Source: Meyerozyma guilliermondii | Taxonomy: Eukaryota | Length of the DNA stretch: 64,000 bases | Assembly (NCBI GenBank): GCA_051546255.1 | Contig: CP128822.1 | Location: 248,001 to 312,000 of the forward strand | Reading direction: 5' to 3' | Shown here: positions 59,858 through 64,000 of the stretch, piece by piece | How positions within the stretch are numbered: the first letter of the stretch is position 1 | Layout: every line of letters starts with the position of its first letter | Notes under the pieces: model-generated | What the model was told of the DNA's origin: nothing | The model's input: the letters and a program-made list of their open reading frames with translations, nothing else | Database searches by the model: none | Program-made: the position numbers and the translations under genes

Positions 59858-62317
59858 TTACTCGTTCCCTTCCTCAATATTCAAGTCGTTTTCGATCTGC
59901 TCGAGAAGCTTTTCGTCCACTTGTCCCAGCTCCAGTTCTTTGTCATATAGGTTTGCTACCAAGTCGGTGAGAAATCCAACCAATGTGTCCGGCTCCATAA
60001 CTTCGGTCATATCCAGCCGAAGCTTGTCGCTAGCAGAAGCGTCTAGATCCGCCAGCGTCACTATCTGTTCCAATCGATGGTAATACTCGGTATATGTCGT
60101 CAATAGCACCGATTCCATATTTTCCATGAGGTACTTTGTGACGTTGGAATCGGAGAATGAAAGCTGGATGTCCCGATAGTAGCGAGGGATTTCCGTGAGA
60201 AGCAAGTCCCTGAAGTCTGACGTTGCTTTTAGTGGAGTTTTGACTGCATCTTGTGCCAAAATGGGTTTCGATATCTGCTTGACACATTGTCCAATGAAGT
60301 CTTGAACGGCATTATTCAACTCACTATCGATTTCATATTTGGCATCGATCATGTTGTTAACCACTCGTGGTGCTGAGCGCCTGGCAAGCTCAATAAAGCC
60401 ACCCAGTTTGGTGTAGTTTACCATGAAATCGCCATGGCGAACTTGATTGAGGATTTCACTTAAACCGCTGGTAAAATCCAATGCTGTTTCTGTTCGAACA
60501 TGCTGGATGTCGAAATTGTTAAGCTGGTGCTGGACAAGCATGAGGTTTTTCAAGTAGTATAGCTTGGCATCGAGACTTCCTAAATGCGATTCTGCAAGTT
60601 TGTATCCACTTGTCTGGAGAATTTGTATGCAGCTGTGAACAATGTAGTGTGCTAGGTCGTCAAACACCGCCAGGTTTATCAAGTCGTAGATGCTCGAAAG
60701 TACAGTCAATGCTTTTCCCACTGGCAAGTACATTTGTGGAAAGAGATTGACTTCATCGTCCTGGTGGGTGACATTTACCTTTGTCGAGCCAATTTGCAAG
60801 TCCTTGGGACGGGGCTTATAGTTGATGATGTTGTCGTCGACGAACCGCTGAACTCTGAAAATTAATCTTGACTGAACATCTGCAACAATTGGTTCGAAAA
60901 GCTGTCCATAATCAATTGGGACATCAGAGCTGATCGACCCAACAGTTGAACCGACCACGGAACCCACTACAGAGCCACCCATACTTCCTTCTGGGTCTTC
61001 AAACTCGTAGTATTTTTGGAGTAACGTCATCAACAGGCAGAGCTCTGAGATTGAAACGGCACGAATTATGCGATCACGAAGCGTATCGTAAAGAGGTTCT
61101 AATAAATCTTTATACCATTCATAGAGCTGGCCCTCATAGTGATGTGCCACAGGCAGGGAAGCACTTCCAGAAAAGTATTGACAGAAAAGTCCATGTTCTC
61201 TCTCGATGACCCGCTTGAAGAAAGATATATTGTTCTGGCATAATTGCACCAAATCTTTTTCTCCCGTGTACTTTTTTGATAATGTTTCGACATTCTGGTT
61301 GATGTAGGAAGCAACGAGATTGGACCTCACTCTGAAATATTGGGACAGAACGTCGGACAAAAGACCTTCGTATTCTGGATGCGTTTTGTATCTCTTTTCA
61401 ATTTCCACAATCAAGTTGTGGAACGAATAAAATTCTCCATTGTGACGGTTGGCATGGTTCTTGAAGTCGCTGTAGACCGTTACTTCCATCAGCGAAGTTT
61501 CAGTCTTTGTCGACTCAGATAAAGCAGCCGTGGACTTTATATCTTCAATCAAGTAGTTGCGAATCAACGTGAGAGCCCTAGTCATACACTGTCTGAATCT
61601 GGCTCGATATGTGTCTATATCCTTGTAGTTTGGGTGCGTGTCCACAAACTCGATACAAGAATCCAACTTTGCCATAGCTTCTTTGAACAGTCTTTTCTTC
61701 ACCAAATTGATCCCAGGACTACTGAGCACCTTTGTTATCCACTCAGAAGCCTCGAAAACCAGAAGTGCTTCTGAAATTTCGCTGGAGGTCTCCTCGGCTC
61801 TTTTTTGCTCTTCCAAGAGACGCTGGGACTGCTTTGCAAAATCACTGGTGTCTCGGTCCACCTTATTGTACTGGTCTACAAGTCGATCAAGAACAGCCAA
61901 AATCGCGTCTGTGTCGCGGATCAAGTCCTCAATGGCCTCACTGTTGAGCTGGCAGTTATGCTGGAAGTTTAGAGCCAGATCGATCGGCAACTGGCCGATA
62001 TTTTCGATATCCTCATTTGTCAAGATCGAGTTATATGTATAAGTATCGATGTAACCCGACCACAATTGGTTGTATTCGGCACTGCTGAACGGGTAGAGCA
62101 CATGATCGCGTCTTTCAGCTGTTCCGATCTTGTTTTTTTCATTATTTTGGTTGTTTTTCAATTTCACATCGTCGACCGATTTTGACCGTGGACGACTAGA
62201 GCTCACCAGCGGTGGAGCCAACAGAGAGATCAGTCCCAAATCAAGTTTTCCATCATTGAAGGACGGTATATCCGAGGCTATACGCTTGACAAGCGACTTA
62301 CTTCGGTCTCGTCCCAT
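59858..62317 (-). CDS. COG3: Conserved oligomeric Golgi complex subunit 3 (Sec34)
   Basis: HPNYKDIDTYRARFRQCMTRALTLIR, LYDTLR, DVQSRLIFR, FDDLAHYIVHSCI, LYYLKNL. Confidence 0.9.
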   Translation of the reverse strand: MGRDRSKSLVKRIASDIPSFNDGKLDLGLISLLAPPLVSSSRPRSKSVDDVKLKNNQNNEKNKIGTAERRDHVLYPFSSAEYNQLWSGYIDTYTYNSILTNEDIENIGQLPIDLALNFQHNCQLNSEAIEDLIRDTDAILAVLDRLVDQYNKVDRDTSDFAKQSQRLLEEQKRAEETSSEISEALLVFEASEWITKVLSSPGINLVKKRLFKEAMAKLDSCIEFVDTHPNYKDIDTYRARFRQCMTRALTLIRNYLIEDIKSTAALSESTKTETSLMEVTVYSDFKNHANRHNGEFYSFHNLIVEIEKRYKTHPEYEGLLSDVLSQYFRVRSNLVASYINQNVETLSKKYTGEKDLVQLCQNNISFFKRVIEREHGLFCQYFSGSASLPVAHHYEGQLYEWYKDLLEPLYDTLRDRIIRAVSISELCLLMTLLQKYYEFEDPEGSMGGSVVGSVVGSTVGSISSDVPIDYGQLFEPIVADVQSRLIFRVQRFVDDNIINYKPRPKDLQIGSTKVNVTHQDDEVNLFPQMYLPVGKALTVLSSIYDLINLAVFDDLAHYIVHSCIQILQTSGYKLAESHLGSLDAKLYYLKNLMLVQHQLNNFDIQHVRTETALDFTSGLSEILNQVRHGDFMVNYTKLGGFIELARRSAPRVVNNMIDAKYEIDSELNNAVQDFIGQCVKQISKPILAQDAVKTPLKATSDFRDLLLTEIPRYYRDIQLSFSDSNVTKYLMENMESVLLTTYTEYYHRLEQIVTLADLDASASDKLRLDMTEVMEPDTLVGFLTDLVANLYDKELELGQVDEKLLEQIENDLNIEEGNE

Positions 62318-62542
62318 GTGGAGTGCTCGGTGGTGTGTTGAAGATTCCTGTATTTTGGTGGTTTATGCAGGTATGCAGGAAGTCACTTGTATGGTGACTC
62401 AGGCTATATTACAGGAAATAGATATATTGGTTCAAATAGTTCAATATGTTTTCAATGCTTAATTGGTTTTTTAGGAGTCTGTTTATTTAGCGGAGTAGTC
62501 CTTTTTTATTTAATGCTTTTCCTGTTTGCACCCGTGCACCAC

Positions 62543-62548
62543 ACGCGT
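62543..62548. promoter_or_regulatory. MCB element (ACGCGT) upstream of MCM10
   Basis: Exact ACGCGT just 5' of the ATG at 62575 of a replication gene. Confidence 0.45.
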
Positions 62549-62574
62549 ATACTGAATAATTCTCCAGCCTATTT

Positions 62575-64000
62575 ATGGACGATCCACGCGATGAGCCCAA
62601 AAACGAAAACGAGGTGATTTTGACCGACAGTTCCGACGACGAGCTAGCGGACCTTGAAAAGGAGTATGCGGTGAAGCGGCAAAAGCTTCTTGAACTGAAG
62701 AAAGAAAAGGCGAAACAGGCCAAAATCGACGAGGAAAGGCGACGAAAAACGGCAAAAAATGGACTAACCCAAAGTCCCAATGGGTACATGTCCGGCCCTG
62801 GTGGTCATCTGACAAACCAATTGAGCAATCTGGAGACAATTCCCACAAAAAAAAACGAAATTCAAAACAAAAGTATCGCTCGAATGGTTGCAAAAGAGAA
62901 TAAACCGGTTTCAACCGGAAGCTTTGCGGCTGGACTTGAACGTGCTGGAGGTGGAGGTGACCAAGGACCCGAGTTAGCCACACGAAAGTTTGAATTTTTG
63001 AACATTCCACCGCCACTAGATATTGATGTGGGTGAAAATGATCGAGATGAAGTTTCTGGATTTCGACTTCGCAAGCGGTATATAAGTCCAGACGCATTAC
63101 AGACGTTATTGGCAGACACGAAGGTGCTACGGATCGAAAAGTTACTAGCAAAAGTGTGTCCTCCGTCCTTTTATGAGCCAGCGTACGCTAATTGGTGTCT
63201 AGTGGGGTTGATACTAGAAAAGCTGGAGCCTATTGCAAGCGGAAATACTGCAAGCGCCCCAAAGAAAGGCAGTGGAAAATACATAAAAATCTCCGTTGGT
63301 AATTTTGCCCATTCTGTACGGGTGATGTTATTTGGAGCTGCGCTTGACCGGTGGTGGAAACTCCGAGTAGGAGATATTGTGTGCATACTTAACCCCAATG
63401 TTAATCGATGGCTGCACAAATCGAAAACCGGGTTCAATCTCGCACTCAACACAGCAGTAGATTCCATTCTCGAGATTGGACTGTGCCGAGATTTTGGAAA
63501 ATGTTCGTTTGAAAATGGCTGCAACACCATGATCGATACCGCCCAAGGAACACTATGTGGATACCACCAAGACATCCATTTCCGCAAATACGCTTCCAAA
63601 CGCATGGAACTCAACGGGAGCGTCCTGTCTCGTCGTCCACTGGACCGTCCGCTGGACCGCAAGCCACAAACTTTTGTCCCATATTCACAGGCTAACGAAC
63701 GCACCACAACGTTTGCGGCAGCGCCTGGTATCGATCGCACCCAGTACACCGATCCCCAGGAATTGAGTCGCCGCAACAAGGCAGCGCGCGTAGCAGCACT
63801 CGCCAAAAGAGGGAGTCTGCGGCTGGTGAATACCCACGGAAAAGCCGTGCAACCTTTCACAAGCGCAGCATTGAAGAATATAGGCTATGATCCTGTGCCA
63901 CGAAAATCGGCTCAGCAGGGTAAGCACGTGCAACAGCTGCTTCATGCCATAACGTCGCAGATCAAGACTCGGCTGCTTCGACGAGAGCCCAAAAAGCGTT
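62575..64000 (+). CDS. MCM10: Replication initiation factor Mcm10 (3' truncated; absent from the ORF track)
   Basis: Manually translated open frame MDDPRDEPK...SGFRLRKRYI...KLLAKVCPPSFYEPAYANWCLVG...WKLRVGDIVCILNP...ILEIG(S)CRDFGKC...C...CGYH...SKRMELNG (OB fold plus CCCH zinc finger); no stop before the window end. Confidence 0.9.
   Translation, partial: MDDPRDEPKNENEVILTDSSDDELADLEKEYAVKRQKLLELKKEKAKQAKIDEERRRKTAKNGLTQSPNGYMSGPGGHLTNQLSNLETIPTKKNEIQNKSIARMVAKENKPVSTGSFAAGLERAGGGGDQGPELATRKFEFLNIPPPLDIDVGENDRDEVSGFRLRKRYISPDALQTLLADTKVLRIEKLLAKVCPPSFYEPAYANWCLVGLILEKLEPIASGNTASAPKKGSGKYIKISVGNFAHSVRVMLFGAALDRWWKLRVGDIVCILNPNVNRWLHKSKTGFNLALNTAVDSILEIGLCRDFGKCSFENGCNTMIDTAQGTLCGYHQDIHFRKYASKRMELNGSVLSRRPLDRPLDRKPQTFVPYSQANERTTTFAAAPGIDRTQYTDPQELSRRNKAARVAALAKRGSLRLVNTHGKAVQPFTSAALKNIGYDPVPRKSAQQGKHVQQLLHAITSQIKTRLLRREPKKR

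Noticed and set aside
62365..62567. ATG CAG|GTATGC ... CAG as a first exon/intron for MCM10
   Set aside because: No proper branchpoint, and the splice would be out of frame with the MCM10 ATG
63171..63860. 229-aa minus-strand ORF (and the 192-aa ORF at 62573-63151)
   Set aside because: Antisense to MCM10

Overview
Eukaryotic, very gene-dense budding-yeast chromosomal DNA from the CUG-Ser (CTG) clade. CTG falls on conserved serines in Cdc34, Ptc1, Mup1 and the MetX-like enzyme, so the supplied standard-code translations misread these as Leu. About 36 protein-coding genes are supported, running from the 3' end of SPT6 to the 5' part of MCM10; MCM10 is missing from the ORF track. There is one tRNA-Leu(AAG) and three short spliceosomal introns that the ORF track misses (EDE1, PET100, a VanZ-like gene). 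I found no CRISPR array, rRNA or intact transposon. The most system-like signal is a sulfur-scavenging neighbourhood at about 22-29 kb: a methionine permease, a mini Zn2Cys6 protein and two tandem Jlp1/TauD sulfonate dioxygenases, with Cbf1/Met4-recruitment and Met31/32 sites. A serine-type MetX acyltransferase with a Cbf1 site lies at 42-44 kb. Other points of note are a fixed 1-nt branchpoint-to-3'SS spacer in the introns, a tRNA gene sitting in a Pol II promoter, a photolyase sharing the sulfur-regulated promoter, and a domesticated pogo transposase (PDC2). Gene names come from my recognition of sequence motifs, not from database searches.
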